Made by a program: the position numbers and the translations under genes. From IMG/VR virus record IMGVR_UViG_3300017722_002491, positions 1 to 49,455 of that record: 49,455 bases of DNA. The stretch is one strand, 5' to 3'. The notes under the pieces are model-generated. The model saw only the letters and a list, made by a program, of their open reading frames with translations, made no database searches and had not been told where the DNA came from. Positions 1 through 8,130 of the stretch are shown piece after piece. This stretch comes from a virus (taxonomy: Duplodnaviria > Caudoviricetes). The stretch's first letter is position 1, and each line of letters starts with the position of its first letter.

Positions 1-48
1 CCTTGTTGCCGACCTCGCTGCCGACCTTGTTGCCGACCACGCTGCCAA
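1..48. repeat. 12-bp tandem repeat, 4 copies, coding
   Basis: ccttgttgccga/cctcgctgccga/ccttgttgccga/ccacgctgccaa. Confidence 0.9.
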
Positions 49-489
49 CTCCGGTTCATCTCCGCTAATGGCGCGATTGAGTAGCTCAATAGTTTTGTCA
101 ATAGCCGTGATTGCCTGCGGATAGTCCTCACCATTGAACTGAGTTTTTTGACGCTTTAACCAAAAGACTTGAAACTGATCGAGTAGTATCATCTGCGTCT
201 GCTCGTCTATTCCTTCTGGCATTGCTGACAAGAATTGCTCCGGCCAATTCATCGCGTCGGCTGGTGCTAATGCTTCAAAGATATGGTCTTCAAGTCTGGC
301 CAATCCTTCGACCATGCCTAGCTCTATTGGGTATCTGGAGTGGTCGTAATTTTCTAGCGTGCAACCAACTGCACAGCCTTTTCCATTCTCCCATCCCGTT
401 TCCTGAATCAGCTCATCAGCTAGTCGATGCGCTTTTACTCTAGCAATATACTTGGATTTAATGGACGGGTCGTTGTGGTATGTTTTCAT
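1..489 (-). CDS. Phage protein with C-terminal (W/R)SA(A/T) tetrapeptide repeats, truncated by window edge
   Basis: Absent from ORF track (no stop in window). ATG at 489 reads MKTYHNDPSIKSKYIARVKAHRLADELIQETGWENGKGCAVGCTL...ELAAWSATRSAARSATR, open to base 1. Confidence 0.85.
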   Translation of the reverse strand, partial: MKTYHNDPSIKSKYIARVKAHRLADELIQETGWENGKGCAVGCTLENYDHSRYPIELGMVEGLARLEDHIFEALAPADAMNWPEQFLSAMPEGIDEQTQMILLDQFQVFWLKRQKTQFNGEDYPQAITAIDKTIELLNRAISGDEPELAAWSATRSAARSATR

Positions 490-497
490 TTTAGTGT

Positions 498-740
498 TCA
501 TAAGTTTTTGTCGAGTAGCGCGAGAATTGCGAACCAGTTTTCTTTGGTCTTGAAGTAAATTTCCATCGTCGTATCAACTAGGTAGATGTCTATGCCGAAT
601 AACAGAGTGTCGTCCTTGTAGGCGTAGTAGCCCTTAAAATCGATCTGGTTGAACGTGAACATTACGTAGCCGTCCACATAGACCTTAATGCGTCCGTTGT
701 AGATTTTGAAGTCGTAGGTGTGGTTGGTGTGGTCGGTCAT
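498..740 (-). CDS. Hypothetical protein (80 aa)
   Basis: ATG at 740 overlaps the upstream TGA (ATGA); MTDHTNHTYDFKIYNGRIKV... Confidence 0.75.
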   Translation of the reverse strand: MTDHTNHTYDFKIYNGRIKVYVDGYVMFTFNQIDFKGYYAYKDDTLLFGIDIYLVDTTMEIYFKTKENWFAILALLDKNL

Positions 741-1054
741 AGTTGAATCAGCACATTGCTTATTGTTGCGATAACGTGAGCCGGAACAATGACCCAAACG
801 GCCAAGGAAGCGATTAAGACAGAGCGCGTGCGGCGATACAGGAACCATGTGCCAATGATTGCCAGCGGCACGGTGACAAGGAACTCACGCGCTATCATGC
901 CGTTTAACAATCCGTAGCGTTGCTGGAAAACAAGCGCGATGTAGTTTGCCTCGGTGCATCCGGTGGAGATACCGCTCATGGTTGTCGCTATGTCGGCTAT
1001 TGCGCTGACTGCGAGAGCAATGGATGCGATGAAGATTGGATTCTTGAGCATCAT
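737..1054 (-). CDS. Small membrane protein, DUF5658-like
   Basis: Three hydrophobic segments and D-x-x-TT-x-x-G-x-x-x-G-x-x-EAN motif; start at 1054 preferred over 1153. Confidence 0.7.
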   Translation of the reverse strand: MMLKNPIFIASIALAVSAIADIATTMSGISTGCTEANYIALVFQQRYGLLNGMIAREFLVTVPLAIIGTWFLYRRTRSVLIASLAVWVIVPAHVIATISNVLIQL

Positions 1055-1059
1055 TGTCA

Positions 1060-1251
1060 CTACGGTTGTTGTGTTGTGGATTGAGCTTTCAATTTTGCCT
1101 CGCGCACCTGCAACCGCTGCGCCCGGCGACCCGCTTGCATCTTTGCGGCCCATTCAAGCCGTTGTTCCTTTGTCATACCTCGCCAACGGAGTTTCCCTCC
1201 ATCGGAGTAGCATTTTACTTTCCAAACGAGTTTGCAGCGAGGACATTTCAT
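1060..1251 (-). CDS. Small basic protein with N-terminal CxxC
   Basis: MKCPRCKLVWKVKC...GMTKEQRLEWAAKM; ATG lies just downstream of a predicted promoter. Confidence 0.65.
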   Translation of the reverse strand: MKCPRCKLVWKVKCYSDGGKLRWRGMTKEQRLEWAAKMQAGRRAQRLQVREAKLKAQSTTQQP

Positions 1252-1267
1252 AGATGTGTGGACGTAG

Positions 1268-1296
1268 GTAATATGATACTTTGCTAGTAAAGTCAA
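1268..1296 (-). promoter_or_regulatory. Sigma70-type promoter for leftward genes
   Basis: TTGACT-17 bp-TATTAC on minus strand. Confidence 0.6.
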
Positions 1297-1317
1297 GAAG
1301 ATTTATTGAAAAAAGAT

Positions 1318-1346
1318 TTGACGGATGGAATGGGCATGGCAATATC
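1318..1346 (+). promoter_or_regulatory. Sigma70-type promoter for the candidate ncRNA
   Basis: TTGACG (1318-1323) then TG-G-CAATAT extended -10; divergent from the 1296 promoter. Confidence 0.5.
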
Positions 1347-1351
1347 CGCTC

Positions 1352-1830
1352 AGTTCGCAGATCAAGAGCGATGCTAATCTCTTGGGAGTAATCCCGAAAC
1401 CGCGTTGTGCTTGATCCACAGCGCGGTTTTTCTTTGGCCTTATGTCTCGGCATACGCACAAAGAGCCAAGCGGCGACCTCGATAGATTGCACCAGCGTGA
1501 GGGGTGCATAAGCAAGAGCGGACAGCAACGATAGCCGCGCACAGGGGACGCACTCTAAAGGATGCGCGTGATAGCCTTGTGGTTGATAAATCGAGAAGGG
1601 TTCAATTCCTTTCATCTACCGTCATTCCTGCGCAAGCGGGAGAGTTCATGGACCAAGCCATTACCGGATGACCGAGTGGCGGGTGCTGACGAGTCTATGC
1701 GTCCTTCGGGACGGTGTTACGGAAACCTTAGCGGAATACCTCAGTCGGGCTGTTTCTTTCAACATTTCCAACTCATCTAGCAATAGGTGAGTTGTGCCCG
1801 TATTCCTATGCCGTGTTCCTCGACAGGCTA
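1352..1830 (+). ncRNA. Candidate large structured non-coding RNA
   Basis: No credible ORF. Hairpins with GUAA (1382-1397), GCAA (1626-1641, 1769-1794) and cUUCGg (1700-1713) loops, a tRNA-like T arm (1596-1612), long-range stem 1679-1686/1794-1801; G-U wobbles fit the + strand. Confidence 0.65.
1397..1435 (+). terminator. Terminator-like hairpin whose loop can pair with an upstream loop
   Basis: 13-bp stem AAACCGCGTTGTG/CACAGCGCGGTTT, loop CTTGATC, followed by TTCTTT. Confidence 0.6.
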
Positions 1831-1902
1831 TCCCCTTCTACACCGGATACACCTGCTGCCCTGCATCCCTATAACCCTGCTGCACTTTACCCCGATAAAA
1901 GG

Positions 1903-1932
1903 TATTGACGTAATCGTTAAACCCCGTAAAAG
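1903..1932 (+). promoter_or_regulatory. Putative promoter
   Basis: TATTGACG then TAAAAG at 16-bp spacing, upstream of ATG 1945. Confidence 0.45.
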
Positions 1933-1944
1933 GTTAATGCGTAT

Positions 1945-2103
1945 ATGGGATTACCGTTTGACATTTTGACCGGGGATTTGACTGATGAGCAGTTGAATGA
2001 ACTGGCTGACGAGCAGATTCGGCGTGAGCGCGAGGATCGGTTTCTTGCTGCATTGGAGCAGGAACGTGAACAGCGTAACGCTGAACCTGTTTTTTCGATT
2101 TAA
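1945..2103 (+). CDS. Small acidic helical protein (52 aa)
   Basis: Below ORF-track cutoff: MGLPFDILTGDLTDEQLNELADEQIRREREDRFLAALEQEREQRNAEPVFSI*; ends 5 bp before the next ATG. Confidence 0.6.
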   Translation: MGLPFDILTGDLTDEQLNELADEQIRREREDRFLAALEQEREQRNAEPVFSI

Positions 2104-2108
2104 AGGTT

Positions 2109-2987
2109 ATGCCGTCACTTGCTGAAACGCAGGCGAAGGACAGCATCGGGCTTCCCCGATTCGAGGAACAGCGATGCGGGGCGATGGTGAATCATGTAAG
2201 GGATAAACGGCTGCTGGAATCGGAGCCGCCTGATTGCACGGGATGCGGTATTGTGATAGCGGGTGGAGGGAAATATCTGTCATGGAGTTGGGTGTTATGC
2301 CGGAGGATACGGGAATTGGGGTGCGAGTTGCCGATACAGGTGTGGCACATAGGAGAGAAGGAGATGCCAGTATGGGCCGCAAAGAGTTTTGCAGAGATGG
2401 GGGTAGAAACGGTCAACGTATTCAACGTCCTAAAGAAGCATCCGGTTCGGCATATGAGCGGCTGGGTGTTGAAGAATTACGCTGTCACGCATAGCCCTTG
2501 GCGTCATGTTATGTTCATAGATGCCGATTGCTTTCCCGTGGTGAAGCCGGAAACGATATTCCAGTTGTGCAAGGGCAAGACGTTATTTTTCAATGATGTG
2601 AAGCCGTGTCATCCGAGTCGCTGGGGATACACCTATTGCGGGTTGCTGCCGGAGATCGAGTGGGAAACCGGGCAGTTCATAGTGGACAAGGTTGAGGGAT
2701 GGATGGGGTTGCGGTGGACGGGCTGGTTGAATGAACACGCCGACACATGGTTCAATATGCTGCACGGCGACAAGGGCACGTTTGAGCTAGGTTTTCGGAT
2801 GAGCGGGGTTCCGCTGCTGATGGGGGATGCGCCAAGATGGGGTGGATTCGGTATCGCGCATAGCTATAAAGGGGTTGCCTGTTTCGAGCATTGCATGGCA
2901 ACCAAGAGAAACGAGCATCCTATGTTCCCGTGGATGAAGAATCTGTTTAAGGAATGGGATGCGGTGAGTCTAGGGAAGCAGAAATAG
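2109..2987 (+). CDS. Glycosyltransferase, alpha-mannosyltransferase (GT71/MNN2)-like GT-A fold
   Basis: GIVIAGGGKY, LPIQVW, GWxLKxYA, FIDAD (DxD), ETGQFIVDK, HGDKGTF motifs. Confidence 0.8.
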   Translation: MPSLAETQAKDSIGLPRFEEQRCGAMVNHVRDKRLLESEPPDCTGCGIVIAGGGKYLSWSWVLCRRIRELGCELPIQVWHIGEKEMPVWAAKSFAEMGVETVNVFNVLKKHPVRHMSGWVLKNYAVTHSPWRHVMFIDADCFPVVKPETIFQLCKGKTLFFNDVKPCHPSRWGYTYCGLLPEIEWETGQFIVDKVEGWMGLRWTGWLNEHADTWFNMLHGDKGTFELGFRMSGVPLLMGDAPRWGGFGIAHSYKGVACFEHCMATKRNEHPMFPWMKNLFKEWDAVSLGKQK

Positions 2988-4862
2988 CTACCGCCCGCTA
3001 TACACGCTCCGCTGCTGCACCCCGTATTTCCCTGCTGGTTGTCCCTTCTTCAAATAGTCCTCCGGGTTGAACGGCTTTGCTTCCCGCTTCTGCTCATACC
3101 CTGCAAGCCCGTTACGCATTGCCAGATGGATCAGCAGACAAGCGGCATCAGCGTGATCCGGCGAACGACGAATCCGTTCCTTCATGTCCTTCTTCCGCTC
3201 AATCGTCATGCGCTTTTTCTCGTCTGTGCCCATTTTGCGGGCGCATAGTTGCTTGGTGGCGTTTGATTGACTATTCATCCCTCCAACCGCCCTATTCATC
3301 ACCGCAAGACGGGTAGTGCCCCATATCTGACACACCATGTTGGCGAACATCTCGCGAGCCTTGCGCTTCTCGCCAGGAATCACGATACGGTTTTCAGCGA
3401 TGCCGGAGAACGAGATCGCGTGAACGGTGAGGCTGTAAGACTGCTCACGGGCTTCGCGCTCAATGTGCTGCAAAAGGATACCGCCGTCGCCCGTAACGTC
3501 CAAAGCGAGTTCGTGGCAGCTTCGGCTACGGCATTGCTCGATTACCAGCTTGGCGATCTGCACTTCAAAGGCTTCTTTCGATTGCTTCGGGACAAGCGGC
3601 ATCGCGTCACGCTCAAGTGAGATCATGCGCTTGTAACGGGCATCAATGTCGTCCTCATGCCTGCCGGAACCCATTTTACCAAACTGGATGACAGAAGGAT
3701 CGCCCCCTGCGCGGAAGCCAAGGTCAAGTCCTGCAAGGGTGGACAGGTTGTTGTCCTGCCAGTTGATTTTCTGGAATGCACCGCAAGACTCCATGAGTTT
3801 TCCCGTGAGAACCTTGTCCGACACATCCACGGAAGGAGGGAAACCATAGAATTGCTTCCAATACATCGGCGCGTCCTCGCCTCCTGCATCCGATAGAATC
3901 TCTTTACGGAAGTTCTCGTTCATCAAGCGCGGGAACGGCATCTTACCTTCCTCCTTGAAGTTTGGAGACTTCGCGCCATTGAAGTAAAGGCATAGACCGG
4001 ATGAAGTGGGCCAGCTATCCATCGTATCCTTGTCCAGCGATTTCCAGCCATCGGGATACTTGTCACCAAAAGGGGCGGCATCAATATACATAGGGTCGCC
4101 TTCTTCTGGCGCATTGCCGAGTCCGATGAACTGCGAGAACGGGTTCGTGTTCAAGTTTACGCGAGCCGTCAATACGCCAACGTCCATAAACGGAAACTCG
4201 TCACAAATCCAAATGACATTCTCGTTTTTACGTCCAACGATGGATGCGACTACATTCTTGCCCTCCTGCCCCGGCTTGATGTTGATGCATTTGATAACGT
4301 CCCTGAAGTCGCGCTCCTTCACCCCGTCATCATCGCGCACTTCTTCATCCAGCGTAATCAGGTGGAGGGAATCAATACGCTTGCCGATTTTAAACTTGTC
4401 AGCTTTGTGCAAATCTTTCACCGCACCCCATGTTCTCGATTCGCCTGCTTCCGCTGATGTGGTGGACAGGAATACGGATGTGTTGAAAGGTCGCGCCTTC
4501 CAGATTGTGTAGGCGTAGGCTGCTGATGCTTGGGTTTTGCCAGATGAGCCACAACCCATGAGCAGCAAACGGCGGGAGAAGCAGAACCCTTTTGCCATGC
4601 GGAACAGCCAGTGATTGAGGATGCCGTCATTCTCAAACTGGATCGTCTCCGGCCATTGCTGCATCCAGCATAGGATCAGGAACTCGTATTTGAGCGGGTG
4701 TTTGTGCGGGAGTGCGCCGAATGTCGCCAGCAGGATTTCGTATTCCGTCGCATCCCGCCCCTCCTGCCGCCGAACATCCGGCGACAGGAGTTGCATTTGC
4801 TCATCGTAGAGCGATTCAGCGGCGGCAGAAGGTCGCCAGAGCTTTGTGATGCACGGTATCAA
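2988..4862 (-). CDS. terL: Terminase large subunit
   Basis: Walker A MGCGSSGKT, Walker B WICDE, GLGN coupling motif, RNaseH-like nuclease GLDLG...GD, DVTGDG, SPDHADA. Confidence 0.9.
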   Translation of the reverse strand: MIPCITKLWRPSAAAESLYDEQMQLLSPDVRRQEGRDATEYEILLATFGALPHKHPLKYEFLILCWMQQWPETIQFENDGILNHWLFRMAKGFCFSRRLLLMGCGSSGKTQASAAYAYTIWKARPFNTSVFLSTTSAEAGESRTWGAVKDLHKADKFKIGKRIDSLHLITLDEEVRDDDGVKERDFRDVIKCINIKPGQEGKNVVASIVGRKNENVIWICDEFPFMDVGVLTARVNLNTNPFSQFIGLGNAPEEGDPMYIDAAPFGDKYPDGWKSLDKDTMDSWPTSSGLCLYFNGAKSPNFKEEGKMPFPRLMNENFRKEILSDAGGEDAPMYWKQFYGFPPSVDVSDKVLTGKLMESCGAFQKINWQDNNLSTLAGLDLGFRAGGDPSVIQFGKMGSGRHEDDIDARYKRMISLERDAMPLVPKQSKEAFEVQIAKLVIEQCRSRSCHELALDVTGDGGILLQHIEREAREQSYSLTVHAISFSGIAENRIVIPGEKRKAREMFANMVCQIWGTTRLAVMNRAVGGMNSQSNATKQLCARKMGTDEKKRMTIERKKDMKERIRRSPDHADAACLLIHLAMRNGLAGYEQKREAKPFNPEDYLKKGQPAGKYGVQQRSVYSGR

Positions 4863-5707
4863 GAGAGTTTGGGATACTTGGCATCATATACCATGTGAAC
4901 GAGTTTGCGCAGGGATTTTCCATTGGGGTTGATGCCGATCTTGAACGCTTCGGCTGCAACACCGTCAAGCCCCATAGCCATGATCTGCTTGAACTCCGGC
5001 GTCATCTGCGGGGCAATGCCCTTTGGACGAACGCCGGGCGCAGGAAGCGTGGGATGAGTCGGTGGCGGGGTTGGTGCGGGAGTCGGGGCAGTTGGGGTGA
5101 TTGGTGCGGGCTGCGGGGCTGCTGCGGCTGGCGCGGGTGCAGGTGCGGTAAAGGATTCCTTTACAACTGGAACAGTGGTGGCGGCAACCTTGACCTGTTT
5201 CGTCTCCGGCAGCGAAGTCGGCCAAAGGATTGAGAAGGTTCCCGGCGTAAACGGGGCAAACCATGCGCCCTTCAGACTGTTTAAGAACTCAATCCAACTT
5301 TCGGGTTCGTAGTGGTCGCTATGCTGCGTCACCTTCATGTTCGCGGCTGGCGGATTCTTCACGAAGTCACCGAACACGCGCTGAAAAGCGGATTCCTGCT
5401 CGGCGGCAGTCATCTTCTTGTAAGCGTTCTTTACGGATTCCGCTTTGTCGAGGATAGCGGCATCCAGCTTGAGCTTGTATTGCCCGGCTCCGGCGAAGTC
5501 GAGACGACCAGCGCAGGCTGTCATCGCGTCGTTGATGTCGCGGATAGCTACGTCATGCTCCTTTGCGGCAGCAGCGGTATCTACGAGGACGGCAGGGCTG
5601 AACACCAGCCACACGCCTTCCGTGTTGAGTTTCTTGATTTCCCGTGATGCCGTGGCTAGTGCGGCGATGTCGGGTTGAGTTTGAACGAGTAGGATTATGT
5701 TTCGCAT
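4859..5707 (-). CDS. Hypothetical protein with Pro/Ala linker and small C-terminal helical domain
   Basis: 282-aa ORF whose stop overlaps the terL start; contains a UVR-like segment (MTACAGRLDFAGA). Confidence 0.8.
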   Translation of the reverse strand: MRNIILLVQTQPDIAALATASREIKKLNTEGVWLVFSPAVLVDTAAAAKEHDVAIRDINDAMTACAGRLDFAGAGQYKLKLDAAILDKAESVKNAYKKMTAAEQESAFQRVFGDFVKNPPAANMKVTQHSDHYEPESWIEFLNSLKGAWFAPFTPGTFSILWPTSLPETKQVKVAATTVPVVKESFTAPAPAPAAAAPQPAPITPTAPTPAPTPPPTHPTLPAPGVRPKGIAPQMTPEFKQIMAMGLDGVAAEAFKIGINPNGKSLRKLVHMVYDAKYPKLS

Positions 5708-5716
5708 AAGGCGGGA

Positions 5717-5781
5717 AAAGTGACAAAAAAGAATATTTAGTGCAATTTGTTATTGACGTTCATTGAGTAAAAGGGTAATCG
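5717..5781. promoter_or_regulatory. Divergent promoter pair (terminase operon / late operon)
   Basis: Minus: TTGCAC(5745-5740)-17-CACTTT with TG extension; plus: TTGACG(5753-5758)-17-TAATCG; both fire within ~10 nt of an ATG. Confidence 0.55.
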
Positions 5782-5788
5782 CGTAAAT

Positions 5789-6118
5789 ATGAACTTGTTC
5801 AAAAAGTTGTTTTCAACCGACATTCTCGACAAAATCCCAAATATCCTTAGCGACGATTCGGAGGGTAGAAGGGAACGAATGAGGGAGTTGCTTGAATTGC
5901 TGCCGATGCAATTATTGGTAAAAATCGAAACAATAGAAGATTGCGAAGGCGTTTTAATCGTAACATGGAAACATAGCTCCACGGAAAGTCAGCGTAAGTT
6001 GATAGAGATTATTTGGACTTACATTTTTGCACAAGGATTGGACTCAACAAGACATAACGGCAAGCCCCCGATGCGAGCCAGAACAGTAGCACAATCTTTT
6101 CTACGCGACTCACATTGA
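5789..6118 (+). CDS. Hypothetical protein
   Basis: 109-aa ORF, first gene of the + strand operon. Confidence 0.65.
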   Translation: MNLFKKLFSTDILDKIPNILSDDSEGRRERMRELLELLPMQLLVKIETIEDCEGVLIVTWKHSSTESQRKLIEIIWTYIFAQGLDSTRHNGKPPMRARTVAQSFLRDSH

Positions 6119-6348
6119 GCAAGCTACCCACATACGAAGAAAAGCCGATCCCGACAAGGGTACCGATTACCAGCTTCGGGGAGATCATTGATCCGCGCCT
6201 TGCGCTAACACAGTGTAAAAGTGGATTCTCGTTTGTAGTGGATACGCACAAGTTTCGGCAGCGGGTTATCGCGTATGCTCGCAGACTTGGAATTGAAGTG
6301 AAAACCGCAAAGAACGGCACAGGGAGATTCGACATCTGGCGTATATGA
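6115..6348 (+). CDS. Small basic putative nucleic-acid-binding protein
   Basis: SF...A-RRLG...KT....G-F-IWR pattern common in small phage proteins; 4-bp overlaps on both sides. Confidence 0.65.
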   Translation: MSKLPTYEEKPIPTRVPITSFGEIIDPRLALTQCKSGFSFVVDTHKFRQRVIAYARRLGIEVKTAKNGTGRFDIWRI

Positions 6349-7172
6349 AAACCACTTGGACGCATAACCACTACAACCTTGGCGACAATATGCTGTTCCT
6401 GCATCTGTTGCGCTCGATTGCGAAGTCGCATCCCGATCATTGGTTCATCCATTTCTGCAACGGGTGTCACTTGGAGCCGCTACGCGACATGGTGCTGGAT
6501 TTACCGAACGTAATGCTCGATTCATTCGATGCAAGGTCGCTATGGGACAACATCAAGGACGTTTCGATTGATACATGGAAGAACGCTGGCGCGGGTGAAG
6601 GGAAGCTGGGGTTTTGGGAAAGAAGCAAGTTCCGTTGGGACTTCTCCAATTTCTATCTTGAGCATTACGAATGGACGGCAAAACGGATGGGCTTCAAGTC
6701 GCCATTTGCGATCAAGGAACATTTGTTGTTCGATTATCCGGGGTTGGAGTCGCCAGCCACAAGGAATGCGTTTGACTTTCTCATCATCAACTCGGAGCCA
6801 TGCAGCGGGCAATTCGGCCCAATGAAGCAACACGGCAGCGGGTATCTCGATGAGCTGATTCTCGACTTGGCAACAAGGCATCGCGTGATTACCACGAACA
6901 AGGTCGGTAATCTGCCATGCACCCGCGCACCTTTTGTCGCTAATCTAAGCGTCACGGAAATCGGGCAAATGTCATCGCGCTGCCAGCATCACCTTATGGT
7001 TGCATCCGGCCCTATGTGGCCCACTATTAACACGCACAACAATCACAACAGAAGCGGCAGGATGCGAATTGCGCTTCTGGACAACGGGGAGCAACTAAAT
7101 CTGCCGGAAATCTATCAATGCGCGACAGTGGATGAAGCGCGACAACTCTTATGCAGGGAAGGACTGTTATGA
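6345..7172 (+). CDS. GT9 (heptosyltransferase)-like GT-B glycosyltransferase
   Basis: N-terminal NLGDNM motif and C-terminal MVASGPMW resembling GT9 DSGPMH. Confidence 0.6.
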   Translation: MKTTWTHNHYNLGDNMLFLHLLRSIAKSHPDHWFIHFCNGCHLEPLRDMVLDLPNVMLDSFDARSLWDNIKDVSIDTWKNAGAGEGKLGFWERSKFRWDFSNFYLEHYEWTAKRMGFKSPFAIKEHLLFDYPGLESPATRNAFDFLIINSEPCSGQFGPMKQHGSGYLDELILDLATRHRVITTNKVGNLPCTRAPFVANLSVTEIGQMSSRCQHHLMVASGPMWPTINTHNNHNRSGRMRIALLDNGEQLNLPEIYQCATVDEARQLLCREGLL

Positions 7173-7696
7173 ATTACAAGGAATCGCTCACAAATCAGAT
7201 AAACTCGTTCGCCCGCGATCCGCTTGCCCGCTTTGTCGGCTACGGGCTGCTCAACGGAAAGGGGGGTAACGGCACGATGAAGGAAATCCCGAATGATAGG
7301 ATATTTGAAACAACGGTAGCCGAAAACCTGATGATGGGCATGGCAATGGGACTCGCGTTAAAGGGGCTTCGGCCAATGGTGATACTTGAGCGATTCGATT
7401 TCATCGGCAACTGCTTTGATGCGCTGGTCAATCATATTGATAAAGCGGCAATCATCAGCCGTGGTCAATGGACTCCCGGCGTAATCGTTCGCGTGGTAGT
7501 CGGGAATAGCCGGAAGCCTCTGTTTACGGGAGCAACTCACACACAGGACTTCACGGCAGCGTTTCGCAAGATACTTCGGATGCCAGTGTATCGGGTTACA
7601 ACGCCCGACGAGGTTGCTGCGGGATACGAGGCGGCAATTGCAGATCAGAAGCAGAATCGCAGCACGATGATCGTAGAACTGAAAGACAACCTGTAA
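7169..7696 (+). CDS. TPP-dependent E1-beta/transketolase pyrimidine-binding domain (stand-alone)
   Basis: ETTVAENLMMGMAMGLALKGLRP, RFDF, GATHTQD motifs; ATGA overlap at 7169; no C-terminal domain. Confidence 0.9.
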   Translation: MNYKESLTNQINSFARDPLARFVGYGLLNGKGGNGTMKEIPNDRIFETTVAENLMMGMAMGLALKGLRPMVILERFDFIGNCFDALVNHIDKAAIISRGQWTPGVIVRVVVGNSRKPLFTGATHTQDFTAAFRKILRMPVYRVTTPDEVAAGYEAAIADQKQNRSTMIVELKDNL

Positions 7697-8130
7697 TGGC
7701 AAACTTTGACGCAAATAGGTTCGCAAGCAAAAAGGTCGAATGGCCTACACCTGATAGCGTATTTGAGCCGCTTAACCGCGAGTTCGGATTCACGATTGAT
7801 GTATGTGCTACTTTGGAAAATGCTCGTTGCTTGAACTACTTCACCGAGGAAATGGACGGATTAAAGCAGGAGTGGAGCGGGGTATGCTGGATGAATCCGC
7901 CATACGGACGAAAGATGCTCGATTGGCTACGAAGGGCAGCAAAGGAACGCGACAACGGGGTTACTACGGTTGCCCTGATTCCGGCCAGAACAAATACGGG
8001 GTGGTGGCATGACATCGTAATGCCCAACGGGGAAGTGCGATTCGTGCGTGGTCGCCCTAAGTTCGGTGGTGCAGATCACGGGCTTCCGCAACCGCTTGCT
8101 ATTGTCGTATTCAGAAAAACCAACCCATGA
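7696..8130 (+). CDS. dam: Phage DNA N6-adenine methyltransferase (Dam family)
   Basis: WxTP, DVCA, DGL, WMNPPYG, LIPARTNTGWW motifs. Confidence 0.9.
   Translation: MANFDANRFASKKVEWPTPDSVFEPLNREFGFTIDVCATLENARCLNYFTEEMDGLKQEWSGVCWMNPPYGRKMLDWLRRAAKERDNGVTTVALIPARTNTGWWHDIVMPNGEVRFVRGRPKFGGADHGLPQPLAIVVFRKTNP

Noticed and set aside
1544-1621. Possible tRNA gene (GGTTCAATTCC T arm)
   Set aside because: No matching 7-bp acceptor stem at tRNA spacing and no D or anticodon arm; kept only as a tRNA-like element of the larger RNA.
1686-1760. Hammerhead ribozyme (CTGACGA...GAAAC)
   Set aside because: Stem II does not pair next to the core, an extra G precedes GAAA, and I could not build stems I and III.
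1154-1969. ORFs 1154-1615(-), 1303-1542(-), 1562-1780(+), 1787-1969(+)
   Set aside because: No protein-like composition or motifs; they cross promoters and the structured RNA.
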